Source: Mobula hypostoma (lineage: Eukaryota). Taken from it: 64,000 nt of DNA. The stretch's first letter is position 1. Every line of letters begins with the position of its first letter. The position numbers and the translations under genes are program-made. Of this stretch, positions 37,057 to 50,212 are shown piece by piece. The stretch lies in assembly GCF_963921235.1 (NCBI RefSeq), contig NC_086109.1, forward strand, positions 4,652,001-4,716,000, read 5' to 3'. The notes under the pieces were generated by a model. It had not been told where the DNA came from and made no database searches. It was given only the letters and a program-made list of their open reading frames with translations.

Positions 37057-38050
37057 AAGCAACACACACAAAATGCTGGTGGAACGCAGCAGGCCAGGCA
37101 GCATCTATAGGAAGAAGTACAATTGACGTTTTGGGCCGGGACCCTTCGATGGGACTAACTGAAAGGAGAGATAGTAAGAGATTTGAAGGTGGGAAGGGGA
37201 GGGGGAGATCTGAAATGATAGGAGAAGACAGGAGGGGAGGGATGGATCTAAGAGCTGGAAAGTTGATTGGCAAAAGGGATACCAGGCTGGAGAAGGAAGA
37301 GGATCATGGAACGAGAAGCCTGGGACGAAAAAAAAGGGGGGGGGAGCCCGGAGGGTGGAGAGCAGGCGAGGAGTTATAGTGAGAGGGACAGAGGGAGAAA
37401 AAAAAGGGGAAAAATTAAAAATATATTTAAAATATTAAATAAATAAATAAGGGATGGAGTGTGAAGGGGAGGAGGGGCATTAATGGAAGTTAGAGAAGTC
37501 AATATTCATGCCATCAGGTTGGAGGCTACCCAGACGGAATATAAGGTGTTGTTCCTCCAACCCGAGTGTGGCTTCATCTTGACAGTAGAGGAGGCTGTGG
37601 ATAGACATATCAGAATGGGAATGGGACGTGGAATTAAAATGTGTGGCCACTGGGAGATACTGCTTTCTCTGGCAGACAGAGCATAGGTGTTCAGCGAAAC
37701 CGTCTCCCAGCCTGCATCGGATCTCACCTATAGAAGGCTGCACCGGGAGCACCGGACGCAGTACATCACCTCAGCCGACTCACAGGTGAAGTGTCGCCTC
37801 ACCTGGAAGGACTGTCTGGGGCCCTGAATGGTGGTGAGGGAGGAAGTGTAAGGGCATGTGTAGCACTTGTTCCGCTTACAAGGATAAGTGCTGGGAGGGA
37901 GATCGGTGGGAAGGGATGGGGGGGGGAGGAACGAATGGACAAGGGAGTCGCGTAGGGAGCAATCCCTGCAGAAAGCAGAAGCGAGGGAGGGAAAGATGTG
38001 CTTGGTGGTGGGATCCCATTGGAGGTGGCAGAAGTTACGGAGAACCTTCG
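37057..38050 (-). mobile_element. Penelope-like element, 3' part (GIY-YIG endonuclease plus pseudo-LTR)
   Basis: HFTCESAEVMYCVRCSRC...IGE..RLGD.FAEH...PVATHFN...EEQHLIFRLGSLQPDGMN; degenerate hammerhead at ~37121-37156. Confidence 0.85.
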
Positions 38051-38928
38051 ATTTGGCAGAGGCTCCTTTTCCTGTAAAACAATTCTGCCCAATCAACCAC
38101 TGCAAGGTGATGCCTAATGCCCCATTTGTACCTAAACGTAGTAACTGGTCTTCTTCTCAATAACTATTTTAAAACTAATAGAATAATGTTCACTGCATCC
38201 CGAGTGCTCACCAATACTTCCAACTGCCCTCATTCCCCTGGAGCAGGTCCCCTGTTGCACCCTCAGAATCAGAGTTAATATCACCAGTATAAGTTGTGAA
38301 ATTTGTTAACTTTACAGCAGTGGTACAATGAAATACATGAGAAGTAAATATATAGAGAAAAATGAGTTACATTAAGTATATACAATGTCTATTAAATAGT
38401 AAATTAAAATTAGTGCAAAATAACAGAAATAAAAAAGTGAGCTAGTGTTTATACGGTTGATGTACGTTTTGAAGTTGGGTGGCTGAGGGGAAGAAGCTGT
38501 TCCTGAATCACTGAGTGTGTGCCTTCAGGCTTCTGTACCTCCTTCCAACAATAACAGTGTGAAGAGGACATGTCCTGGGTGGTGGGGATCCTCAATGATG
38601 GATGCACCCTTCCTAACGCTCTGCTCCTTGAAGATGTCTTGGATACTATGGAGGCAGGTACCCATGATAGAGCTCATTTTACAAGTTTCTGCAACTTATT
38701 TTGATCTTGTTCAGTAGCCTCCCACCCCCATTACCATACAGTGATGTAGCCAGTCAGAATGCTCTCCATGGAACATTGGTAGAAGTTTGAGTGTTTTAGT
38801 TGACAAAGCAAATCTCCTCAAACTCCAAATGAAATATGGCTGCTGTCTTTCCTTCTTTATAGCTGCATCAATATGTTGTGTCCAGGTTAGGTCCTCAGAA
38901 ATATTGACAACCAGGAACTTGAAATTAA

Positions 38929-39710
38929 CCATATAATATAACCGTATTAACAATTACAGCACGGAAACAGGCCATCTCGGCCCTTCTAGTTCATGCCGAA
39001 CGCTTACTCTCACCTAGTCCCATCTACCTGCACTCAGCCCATAACCCTCTATTCCTTTCCCGTCCATATACCTATCCAATTTTTTTTTTAAATGACAAAA
39101 TCAAACCTGCCTCTACCACTTCTACTGGAAGCTCATTCCACACAGCTACCACTCTGAGTAAAAAGCTCCCCCTCGTGTTACCCCTAAACTTTTGCCCCTT
39201 AACTCTCAACTCATGTCCTCTTGTTTGAATCTCCCCTACTCTCAATGGAAAAAGCCTATCAACTCTATCTATCCCCCTCATAATTTTAAATACTTCTATC
39301 AAGTCCCCCCTCAACCTTCTATGCTCCAAAGAATAAAGACCTAACTTGTTCAACCTTTCTCTGTAACTTAGGTGCTGAAACCCAGGTAACATTCTAGTAA
39401 ATCTCCTCTGTACTCTCTCTATTTTGTTGTCATCTTTTCTATAATTCAGTGACCAGAACTGTACACAATACTCCAAATTTGGCCGCACCAATGGCTTGTA
39501 CAATTTTAACATTACATCCCAACTCCTATACTCAATGCTCTGATATATAAAGGCCAGCAAACCAAGAGCTTTCTTCTCCACCCTATCCATATGAGATTCC
39601 ACCTTCAGGGAACTATGCACTATTATTCCTAGATCTCTCTGTTCTACTGCATTCCTCAATGCCCTACCATTTACCATGTATGTCCTATTTTGATTAGTCC
39701 TAACAAAATG
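38929..39710 (-). mobile_element. CR1 LINE 3' end nested in a minus-strand Rex remnant (~38270-39960)
   Basis: EQRDLG, LVRPNLEYCVQFWS, RRLRGDLIEVFKI; Rex FKFL segment on the left and KFADD-like segment on the right. Confidence 0.85.
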
Positions 39711-40909
39711 AGAATTTGTTCACTCTCCACTTGTGATCCCTCTATGAGGATTGGTTTGTGTTCCCTTGTCTTACCCTTCCTGCAGTCCACAATCAGCTCT
39801 TTGGTTTCACTGACGTTGAGTGCAAGGTTGTTGCCGTTACACCACTCAACTAACTAGTATATCTTGCTGCTGTTCACCCTTTTGTCACCATCTGAAATTC
39901 TGCTAACAATGGTTGTATCGTCAGCAAATTTATAGATGCTATGCCTAGCCACACAGCTAGTGGTTCCCTCTATAAATGATCAAGGCAACTTTCTTTAGAT
40001 ACTTTTTACAAATTCCACCCAAGCTTTTTACACTATGGTTCATGTGTATGTGGCCTCCGTCGGTTGTGGTCGACCATGGATACTGTACCTCTGGTAGTCA
40101 CTGGTTTGTCAAGCAGCGTTGACTGTGGCTATCAAGGCCGATCCTGGAATGGCAGGCTCTGCCACAGTTGCCTCATGTGTGGGGCGTAGTGGAATTGTTG
40201 TCCGCTGTGCTCTCCGCTCCTCAAACTGATTCAGGATCACTCTTTCGCCGTGCTCTAGGTGTTGCTGAAGAGTGCCTCGCCATTTGTTGCGAACATCTGC
40301 TGTACCCTCCCAGCACTCTGTGTTGATTTTTAAGGCTTTCATGTCACGCTTGCAGAGGTCCTTGAAGCGAAGCTGGGGTCTACCAATGTTCCTCTTGCCT
40401 TTTGCTAGTTCTCCGTAGAGGATGACCTTTGGCAGTCTACCATCCTTCATACGACAGACATGTCTGCGTTGTCTTAAAAGTGGGAACATTGTGGGAAGTC
40501 CAACGCGGGAGAGGACCTCAGAGTTTGGGACTTTGTCTCTCCAGGTGATGCTGAGGATACGGCGAAGGCTACGCAGGTGAAAACTATTGAGTTTCCTCTA
40601 CTGCTTGGAGTAGATGGTCCAAGTCTCACTGCCATACAGGGGGGTGCTGATAATGCATGCATTGTACACAGCAGTCTTCCTCCTTGTAGTGAGTTTCAGA
40701 TTCTCCCAGACCTGTGAGGAGAGTTGAGCAAGGATCGATGCTGCTTTGCCGATATGCCTATTGATTTCAGTATCGAGGGAGAGAGTGTCGCTATTAGTCA
40801 ACCCCAAGTATGTGAACTCGTGGACTACTTCTAGATCGTAGAAGCTCTCACAGAGTACAAGCGCTCATCATCCGACCAAACACTCCAGGCACTTTGAGCT
40901 GCTAGAAGC

Positions 40910-43900
40910 TGCGACGAGAATGCACATAAATTAAGATGTTAGCTGGCCTGGGCTATCAGCAGTTGGTCTGCCACCTGTCTTCAGGAGAGAGAGAGATAAG
41001 GAAAACAATGGAGCAGCATTTGGAGTTGTTAATGAAGGGAGGAGAGCTGTCAAGATCGGCTCCCCCTTTGAACCCTGAACTGTTTGAAGTGATGGACAGG
41101 TGATACCCCAGCAGGGGGATAAAAAGGGACAGGTTCGCTAAGGCAAGACACACACGACACCCGAGGTAACGAGATCTTGGAAGCGGTGCGTCTCTCACAA
41201 GTCGGTGGAAAGTTTTGGAAGGCCGGTTGCGGGACCAGGCCATAGACGCACAGGGTGGAAAGGCACGATCGGCGGGAACCTGGTGTGTGTCCACCCTTGC
41301 CTGGGTGCCGGGTTCACCGCAGAGAAACGATCGTATCTGGAAATGGAGGGGGTCATGGTCGGTGACCTCAGATGACATCACAAAGGGCTCGCCTGAAAGC
41401 TGACTGTGAAGGTCTGTGTGGAAGCCGTTTTTGAATATTCATTCGTTTTGCTCTCTCTCTCCTTCCCCCCACTGTCCATCGCCACGGCAGCGATTACTGC
41501 GAACTGAACTGAACTTTGCGTCACTTTGAAACTGGTCATTTACCCCTAGACAACGATAGAGCTTGATTGATCCTGTTATCTTAATTCTGTGTACATGTAT
41601 GTTTATCATTGCTGAACTGTTGCATTCATTATCCTTTTGATTAGAGTACTGTGTTGCTTGTTTCTTTAATAAAACTTTCTTAGTTCTAGTAATCCAGACT
41701 CCAACTGAGGGATCCATTTCTGCTGGTTTGGCAACCCAGTTACGGGGTACGTAACATAAGTGGGGTTCTCGTCCGCGATTTTGAACGCTAAATTTGGGAC
41801 AGAGTAAATTGATTGGGTCAAAATTCCTGAAAGGAAGAAAAGACAAACAGCAGAAATGGAGGCTGAGGAAATTATAAAGGCGCCGACCTTGGAGGCATTA
41901 GAGGATGCCAGGAAATTGGAATTGGTAGCTGTGGCCAAACGGTTGAATCTTGCTAAGGGGAAGTCGACAATGAGGAGAGAGGAGATACACAGAGCTATCG
42001 TAGAGCACTATGTATCTAAAGGTGTGTTTCCCCAAGGCGAGCTGGAGGTGGTGTCTATTGAAAAACCTGCTGGAGACGCAGTACAGGTGCAGCTTGAAAA
42101 ACTGAGACTCGAGCAGGAGTTCCGGGTACAGCAGTTGGAGCGAGAAGAGAAGGAGAGAGAGTTAGAAAGGCAGGAGAGAGAGAGAGAGAGAGACAGTTGG
42201 AGCGAGAGGAGAAACAGAGGGAAAGGGAATTTGAGCTGGAGAAATTAAGGATAAGGGCAGAGCAGGGGCCCGTGCCGAACCAAGGTGGAGGGTTCCTGGC
42301 GACCCAGGAGGTTAGGCTGGTTCCCCCATTTGACAATACCGACGTGGATCGGTACTTTCTCCATTTCGAAAAAGTTGCTGCAAGTCAGGACTGGCCGAGG
42401 GATAAGTGGGCTGTTTTGCTTCAGAGTGTACTGAAAGGGAAAGCCCAACAAGCTTACTCAGCCTTGTCCGCAGAAGATGCCCAGAGGTATGAGGTGGTGA
42501 AAGAGGCCATCCTCAGGATTTATGAGTTGGTCCCGGAGGCATACCGGCAGAGGTTCCGGAATGCGAGGAAGCAGTGGGACCGCACGTATTTAGAGTTTGC
42601 CCGTGAGATGCTGACATATTGTGAGCGTTGGTGCGCCTCGAAGAGGGTAGAGGGGGATTATGACAGACTGCTATTGCTGATCCTGATTGAGCAGTTTAAA
42701 GGTTGTGTCCCTGAGGGTATGAGACCCTACCTAGATGAGAAAGAGGCAGCCACGTTAGCCGCAACTGCTAAGTTGGTGGATGAGTATGTGTTTACGCATA
42801 AAATGAAGTTTGCCCCGAGTAAAGGCTACCAGAAGGGTAGTCAGGATGGCAGGGAGAGTCCGCCAGAAAAGTCAGAAAGTAAGCCGGGGACTAGTGAGAA
42901 GGATAAGGTAGACCGGGAGCAGTCTGGTAGGAAGTCTCCTGGGGTCGTCTGTTATAATTGCGGGAAAGTCAGACACTTTGCGTCCAGGTGCTTTGCCCCA
43001 AAGAAGGAGGCGGGAAAAGGTAAAACGGCGATTTTGACTGGCTGTATCGAGCTGGTAAACGAACCGCTAGGGGAGGACAGGTCTGCCAAAGTTCAGGAAG
43101 GGCGCGAGAAGTTTATCTCGGCCGGATTGGTGTCAGTGAAGGAGGGGTTAAAACCAGTTCCAGTGAGGATCTGGAGAGATACGGGAGCATGTCAGTCACT
43201 GATACTGAAGAGTGTATTAGAGTTTAGCTCAGAGACCCAGACTGGGAAGGTCAAGGTCAAAGGTATTGGGGAAGGGACAGAGGCCGTCCCTTTGCACCAG
43301 ATACACTTAAAAAGCAACCTGGTCTCTGGACTAGTCACGATCGGGGTGAGGCCCGAATTACCGATGAAAGGCGTGGAAGTCTTGCTCTGTAATGACCTCG
43401 CCAGGGGAATCGTGTTCCCAGCCGTGAGATTGACAGGTCAGCCTGCCAGCATTGAGGCCCCGCCCATGGACTCACAGGTTCATCACGGGACCGCGGTAGT
43501 AAATTTAGCTCAGACGTTCCTGCCGGCCTTGTACGAGAAGGGGGTAGAAAGTGAAAAGAAGGAGTGTAGTGAGACAAGAGGTAGTGAGGGAGCTGGGACA
43601 GACGTAGCACTAGCCAGGAAAGAATTTGTGCAGATGCAGGAGCGAGACGAGGGGCTGATGGTTTTGGCAGAGACAGCTCTCTCTGACACAGACTTAACAA
43701 GGGAACTAGTAGGCTATTGTGTGGAGGAGGAAGTGCTAAGGAAGAAAGGGAAACCAAGTGCCATACCCGTAGATGAGGAATGGGGGGTGGTGCAAAAGAG
43801 TTATGGGGATGAGGTTTTTAACCTGGCCCACAAGGTACCCCTCGGTGGACATTTTGCGATGCTGGAGAAAACAGTTGGTGGAATCATGAAAGAGGTTTAC

Positions 43901-45744
43901 CGGCTGCCCAGGAGGAAGGATGTTATTGATTATGGCCGACGCGAACTGAGACGGTCACAGGCTTTTGATATGCTAACAAACCTAGTCGGTGTTAGCGCGG
44001 AAATCAATGAAGCTAGGGTCCCCCGATAAGAGAAAAAAAACATTTTGAAAAGATGAGTATGGTATCAACCACATGGGTGAAGGCTATTGTCTTGGCTAGC
44101 TCTGCTGATAAGGTCTCTCCCTTAATCCCCGAACAAAGTGACTCTTTAGGAGGAGTAATTAAACGACTCGCACACGTGTGTTTGATTGTCCCGAGGCGAT
44201 GCAAAGAACTGGGACGTTGGGTGGTGTTTGTTACACTAGGCTAGCCTAGCGAGCAATAGCCATATAGAATGAGTAATTCAGTGACAAAAGGGCTGACGAA
44301 CACAGAGGTGTGTATTGGCAATGTAATATGGCTGTCTGAAGCCAGCTTGATAGTGAACCTTGAAAAAAATGAGTTCGGCCACACGAAGGTCACTTACCTG
44401 GGAATTGGGGTGACACAGGGGCAGCTGGCAGCGATGCATGCTAAAGTGCAGGCTATCTCTGACATCCCAACCCCAACAGACAAGAGGGCTCTTGGAGATG
44501 GTGGGGTACTGTAGGAAGTTTTGCAATAACTCTGCGGTTACTACCCCTCCCCCTCCTACTAAGCCCTTGCGAGAGAAAACTAAGTCGGAATGGGAGACCC
44601 TTGTTATTGTGGTCCGGGACGAAACCTAATGAGAGGTTACATTGATCGCAATTCATCAGTGTTTTTGGCCACTATGAAGTTTGCTAAGTTGGAGCCTGGT
44701 CTAAGGGATTATTAATAACACATATAAAAGGAACAGAAAATGTGATGGCTGACTGTCAGGTGTTGACAACTTCAAATTCGCTGCATTAGCCAAATAGCTG
44801 TTAAAGATGTATATTTGTGTGTATCCAATAATGTATTCATGTTTGTAATTTTTACCCCGGTAAAAATCCTTAAAAGTGGGGAAATGTGACGAGAATACAC
44901 ATAAATTAAGATGTTAGCTGGCCTGGGCTGGCACCAGTGGGATCAGCAGTTGGTCTGCCACCTGTCTTCAGGAGAGAGAGAGATAAGGAAAACAACGGAG
45001 CAGCATTTGGAGATGTTAATGAAGGGAGGAGAGCTGTCAAGATCGGCTCCCCCTTTGAACCCTGAACTGTTTGAAGTGATGGACAGGTGATACCCCAGCA
45101 GGGGGATAAAAAGGGACAGGTTCGCTAAGGCAAGACACACACGACACCTGAGGTAACGAGATCCTGGAAGCGGTGCGTCTCTCACAAGTCGGTGGAAAGT
45201 TTTGGAAGGCCGGTTGCGGGACCAGGCCATAGACGCACAGGGTGGAAAGGCACGATCGGCGGGAACCTGGTGTGTGTCCACCCTTGCCTGGGTGCCGGGT
45301 TCACTGCAGAGGAACGATCGTATCTGGAAATGGAGGGGGTCATGGTCGGTGACCTCAGATGACATCACAAAGGGCTCGCCCGAAAGCTGACTGTGAAGGT
45401 CTGTGTGGAAGCTGTTTTTGAATATTCATTCGTTTTGCTCTCTCTCTCCTTCCCCCCCACTGTCCATCGCCACGGCAGCGATTACTGCGAACTGAACTGA
45501 ACTTTGCGTCACTTTGAAACTGGTCATTTACCCCTAGACAACGATAGAGCTTGATTGATCCTGTTATCTTAATTCTGTGTACATGTATGTTTATCATTGC
45601 TGAACTGTTGCACTCATTATCCTTTTTATCAGAGTACTGTGTTGCTTGTTTCTTTAATAAAACTTTCTTAGCTCTAGTAATCCAGACTCCAACTGAGTGA
45701 TCCATTTCTGCTGGTTTGGCAACCCAGTTACGGGGTACGTAACA
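40910..45744 (+). mobile_element. Gypsy/Gmr1-like LTR retrotransposon, internally deleted, both LTRs present
   Basis: LTRs 40910-41756 and 44885-45744 (TG...CA, ~98% identical by eye); TSD AAGC at 40906-40909 and 45745-45748; tRNA-Pro-like PBS TGGGGTTCTCGTCCGCGAT at 41761-41779; purine tract AAAAGTGGGGAAA before the 3' LTR. Confidence 0.93.
41856..44029 (+). pseudogene. gag-protease(-integrase N-terminus) of the LTR element, one frameshift at a (GA)n tract
   Basis: Gag N-terminus from 41856; frame change at ~42175-42195; SCAN-like capsid region, zinc knuckle CYNCGKVRHFASRC, protease RDTGACQSLI, integrase Zn-finger start LAHKVPLGGH; RT remnants (KVTYLG, AKVQAI, GYCRKF) and RNase H end HIKGTENVMAD lie downstream. 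Confidence 0.85.
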
Positions 45745-48700
45745 AAGCAAAGTGCAACAGGCTGCAATGAGTACTGGCTCCAGCTCAGGGAGGACATTCA
45801 GACAGCAGCTGTGACAGGCTACATCAGATCGATGTATGATGGTATCGAGAAGGCCCCTGGTCCATTGCAGAGCAAGACAGCACCCCTGAAGTCATCCAGC
45901 GGTGAAATAATCACTGATAAAAGCAAGCAGATGGAACACTGGGTAGAACACTACTCGAGGGAAAGTGTTGTTGTTAGCTCAGCCATTGATGCCATCGATT
46001 GCCTACCAGTCATGGATGAACTCAACTCTGAACCAACCACTGAGGACCTCAGCAAGGCAATTGACAGTCTGGCCTCAGGGAAAGCTCCTGGCAATGATGG
46101 GATTCCTCCACACCTGATCAAACACTGCAAGAGCTCACTCCTGCAACCTTTACACGAGGTCCTCCATCAGTGCTGGAAGAAAGGAGCCGTACCACAGGAT
46201 ATACGCAACTCCAAAATCGTCATTTTGTACAAGAACAAGGGTGATAGGATCGACTGCAACAACTACAGGGGTATCTCCCTCCTGAGTATTGTCAGCAAAG
46301 TCTTTGCTCGTGTAACTCTGGCACGTCTACAAACTCTGGCAGAATGGGTCTACCCTGTGTCCCAATGAGGTTTTCGCGCAAGGAGCTCAACTGACAACAT
46401 GATTTTCTCACTCCGTCAACTCCAGGAGAAGTGCAGGGAACAACAGAAACCCCTCTATGTCGCTTTCATCGACTCGACCAAGGCATTCGACCTTGTCAGT
46501 AGGGATGGGCTCTTTCAGGTTCTCCTCAAGATCGGCTGTCCCCCGAAACTCCAAAGTATCATCAAGTTATTCCATGACGACATGAGGGCTACTGTTCAGT
46601 ACAATGGCAGCTCATCAGAACCCTTCGCTATTCGTAGCGGAGTCAAACAAGGATGTGTGTTGGCCCCCACATTATTCGGCATCTTCTTCTCTCTGCTATT
46701 GGAGCATACCTTTTGGACATTGACAGAAGGCATCTACAAGCACACCATGTCTGATGGGCAGCTATTCAACCCTGCTCGCCTGAGAGCAAGAACGAAGGTG
46801 CGAAAAATCTTGATACGTGACATGCTCTTTGCCGATGATGCTGCTATAACCTCGCACACCAAACAGCAACTACAAATTCTCATAGACCGCTTCTCTAAGG
46901 CATGCAAGGACTTTGGGCTTACCATCAGCCTAAAGAAAACAAAGGTCCTTGCCCAGAACGTAGTGGAGACACCAGTCATTACCATCAACACTGTGGTTGA
47001 TCCAGTTAATATCAGGGAAATTAAAATCTCCCATTAGTACTATCTTACTATGTTTACAGCCGGCTGCAATCATTCTACATAACTGCTCCTCCAATTCTTA
47101 CTGACTTCTGAGGGTGGGGGGGGGGGGAAACCTATTATACAAACACCATCAGTGCCCATCCCATCTTGTTTCTTAGTGCTACCTGTGTGGCCCCACTGGA
47201 CAATCCCTCAGGAATATCCTCGTGGTTGTTATGTCCTCTTTCATCATGAAAGCAACCCCCCCCCGACCTTTCTTGCATCTCTGTCGTGCCTGTTAGTGTC
47301 CATAGCCTGAAATACTGAGCTACCAGTCCTATTCTTCCCTCAACCGTTTCTGTAGGGGCTATGATATCCCTATTCCCAGATCCAATGCATGCCCCAAAGT
47401 TTTCTGCCTCCCAAGCCTCTAAAATTCATTGACTGGAAACATTAACTCCAGTACTCTCTCCACCAATGCTACCTGACTTGCCAAGTCTCTTTTATTTTCT
47501 TTTACCTATTTGACATTTGTAAAATCATCAGTCCTATTACTTTGATGGTTTGTAAACACCCAAGTTGTTTTTTCAATTCTTTATATCCAACATTAAAGTT
47601 TCTTAGCATCGCATTTTTCCATTGTAAAAGATGTCAGCAGAAAAATAAAACATGAAGCAAGTAAGATATAAACCTTAAATTTCTAAAGTTTAAACATGAA
47701 ATACCATCAGTATGCAACTCTGCTGATCCAAATTACGAACTAAATCTATCAGCAGGTAAATATATTAAAACTGTCCAGTACAAATGCGCAAGAAGATAAC
47801 TGGTTGGTTTAATTTACAAATTACATTGATATTCCCAGGGATTTGAAAGGAAAGTAGCAATGTTGGGCTATTTAGATTATTCATTCAGAAACAAATATTT
47901 AAAAATCATATGAAGAAAAATATACATTCATAGTCCTTTTTTCTCTTCTAAATCAGAGTTGAAGCCAGTTACACTTACCAAACCAAAACAGTAAAACACA
48001 ATAATATTTCTGTTAAGAGAGCCAGGCTAGAGTACACTGAAACTACTTGAGACAAGCTACATCTTTTTCATAGTTTATCTTACTGTAATTGTTGATCTGC
48101 TGCAACTGTGATCGTATGTAGGAGCATAGTAATGGGGCTGTGTTTGCAGAGCCATTTACTAAGGAAGCTGGCATACATTCTCACAATACACCTTGTGATA
48201 GTCCATTGTAAACTGCAATTAAAATGCAATGAGGGAAACAAAATGCAACTCCATCATGAACAGTTCCAAGCTTGGCTACAAAAGGAGGAGGGTTGCTCCC
48301 ACCCTATAAAAACCCAGAGCTATATAAACACCAACAGAGGATCCAAAAACCTGGGAGAGGAAGAATACACCAAGAAATTGGACTACACCTGGTGACAAAC
48401 AGAAAGACTGGCCAAAGATAGAGGATTTTGGTGAGTTGCTGACAGCGGCCTATGCCCCAGTAGGGGTGATGGGCTGGAGAAGAAGAGAAACAAAATGCGC
48501 ACCAGTTCAAGATTAAGGGTAAATAAATAATTCCACATTATTCACAACAATCATATAGGAAAAAAAATCCTTTATTTCTAACACAAGGAAATATCACACA
48601 GAACTTGATTGGGTCAAATTCATATTTAAATTACTTGCATTGTTCTTGTGTATCCCATCTCAATAATGCTTCATAATAAAAAAAATTACACTCTATATAA

Positions 48701-48884
48701 CAGCTTTTAAATAAAAATTAAGCCAAAATTAGGATTTTATTTCTGCAGGAAAACACTTCTAAAAGCAACTTCTTTATCTGAAAGTGTATCCACATCGTTA
48801 ATGGCTTGAGGTGGTAAACTGAGCCCAACACAGAAATGGCACCTTTCAGCGCTGGTCCTCAACCAGATCTCTGTTGCTTGCAAT

Positions 48885-48904
48885 TCATTGTGTGTTTACA
48901 TACA
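48885..48904 (-). CDS. Gene B, candidate terminal coding exon
   Basis: T-tract...ATATAG acceptor; phase 1 gives (V)YVNTQ-stop; unique AT-rich sequence follows with minus-strand AATAAA at 48571-48576; other C-terminal exons are possible. Confidence 0.35.
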
Positions 48905-49179
48905 CTATATGCACAGGAAAAAAAACATTACTCTTAATTAACCTTTCGTTAGTTAAGCCAGTTAACAGCAAATTACAGGCATTTTCTTCAAAAATAGACA
49001 GAAAGGATAGAGTCATACCTAATTGCTTCATTTTTGCATATATTCCAAGATCAACATCATATAAACTGAGTAATTGAGAGTAAAGTTATTTGACTATTTT
49101 TATAATTTAATTCAAATAAGACTTCTTGCATCCTCTCATAAAATAGCAAGCAAGAATAAAAGGTCTGGGGGATATCAAA

Positions 49180-49450
49180 CGGGTGGCATGGTAACATTAT
49201 GGTTAGCATGCTTTACGGTACAAATGACTCAGGTCCAATTCCCGCTGCTCTCTGTAAAGAGTTTGTACGTACTCCCCATGACCGTGTGGGTTTCCTCCGG
49301 GTGCTCCGGTTTCCTCCCACGGTCCAAAGGTGTACCAGTTGGTAGGTTAATTAGCCATTGTACATTGTCTTGTAATTAGGCTCGGTTTAAAGCAGGGATT
49401 GTTGGGTGGGGCGGCTCAAGGGGCTGGGAGGGACTGTGTTTATTAATTAA
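49180..49450 (+). mobile_element. V-SINE/HE1-like SINE (other copies near 2375-2595, 16755-16900, 19420-19640, 30090-30330, 57700-57890, 59020-59315, 59800-60070)
   Basis: tRNA-like head and V-domain-like GTGGGTTTCCTCCGGGTGCTCCGGTTTCCTCCCAC. Confidence 0.75.
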
Positions 49451-49900
49451 CCAATTAAGATTCTAAGAGCAGGAAGGTGTCAAAGAAATGTGACCCCTTA
49501 ATGATGGTTACGGATAACAGAACTAAAATCTGTAAACTTCTAGACATTATTTAACTTTACTGTTCTATGAGGGGCATAGATAGGGAGATAATCAGTCTTC
49601 TTTGGGGAGTCTAAACCCAAGAGATACAGGTTTAAGATGAGAGAAGACATATTTAACAGATATCTGAGGGGCAAGTTTATCACACCATGGATGGTAAGTT
49701 TATGGAACAAACTGTCAGAGGATGTGGTGGAGCCATACGTGCATGTCAGTAAGATGTTTGATAATGTCTCTCATGGTAGGTTGATCAGGAAGATTAAGGT
49801 ATAGTGAATTGGTGGTTTGCGTTCAGAACTGACTTGCCCGTGGAAGGCAGACAGTAGCGGTGGAAGGGTGTTATCATGGCTGGAAGCCTGTGACCAGTTG

Positions 49901-50212
49901 TTAAAGGCATCCGTTAGTCTTGCGAGACCATGGATCTGCGCCTGGAAAATCTTCACTCTCCAGGGCGCAGGCCTGGGCAAGGTTGTATGGAAGACCAGCA
50001 GTTGCCCATGCTGCAAGTCTCCCCTCTCCACGACACCAATGTTGTCCAAGGGAAGGGCATTAGGACCCACATAGCTTGGCACCAGTGTTGTCGCAGAGCA
50101 ATGTGTGATTAAGTGCTTTGCTCAAGGACACAACATGTTCCCTTGGGGCTCGAACTCACGACCTTCAGGTTGCTAGTCCAATGCCTTAACCACTTGGCCA
50201 CGTGCCCACACA
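49901..50212 (-). mobile_element. tRNA-derived SINE, second copy
   Basis: Reverse complement of 35085-35401; flanking repeat AGTTGTTAAAGG. Confidence 0.85.

Larger units (their letters stand above)
40041..46987 (-). mobile_element. RTE-clade LINE with inverted 5' part, interrupted by the LTR element
   Basis: 3' part on minus strand at 40041-40840 (YDLEVVHEFTYLG...RMKDGRLPK); 5' part on plus strand at 40841-40909 and 45749-46987 (GKAPGNDG, NYRGISLL, GVKQGC, LFADD, ...PVITIN); TSD ACACT[A/G]TGGTT at 40030-40040 and 46988-46998. Confidence 0.85.

Noticed and set aside
40956..41381. 141-aa antisense ORF repeated at 44943-45368
   Set aside because: Duplicated only because it lies in the two near-identical LTRs; no protein features
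47979..48009. Possible hydrophobic mini-exon (EILLCFTVLV) with a GTAAGT donor
   Set aside because: Lies downstream of a plausible terminal exon and poly(A) signal in T-rich sequence; no following exon found, so insufficient support
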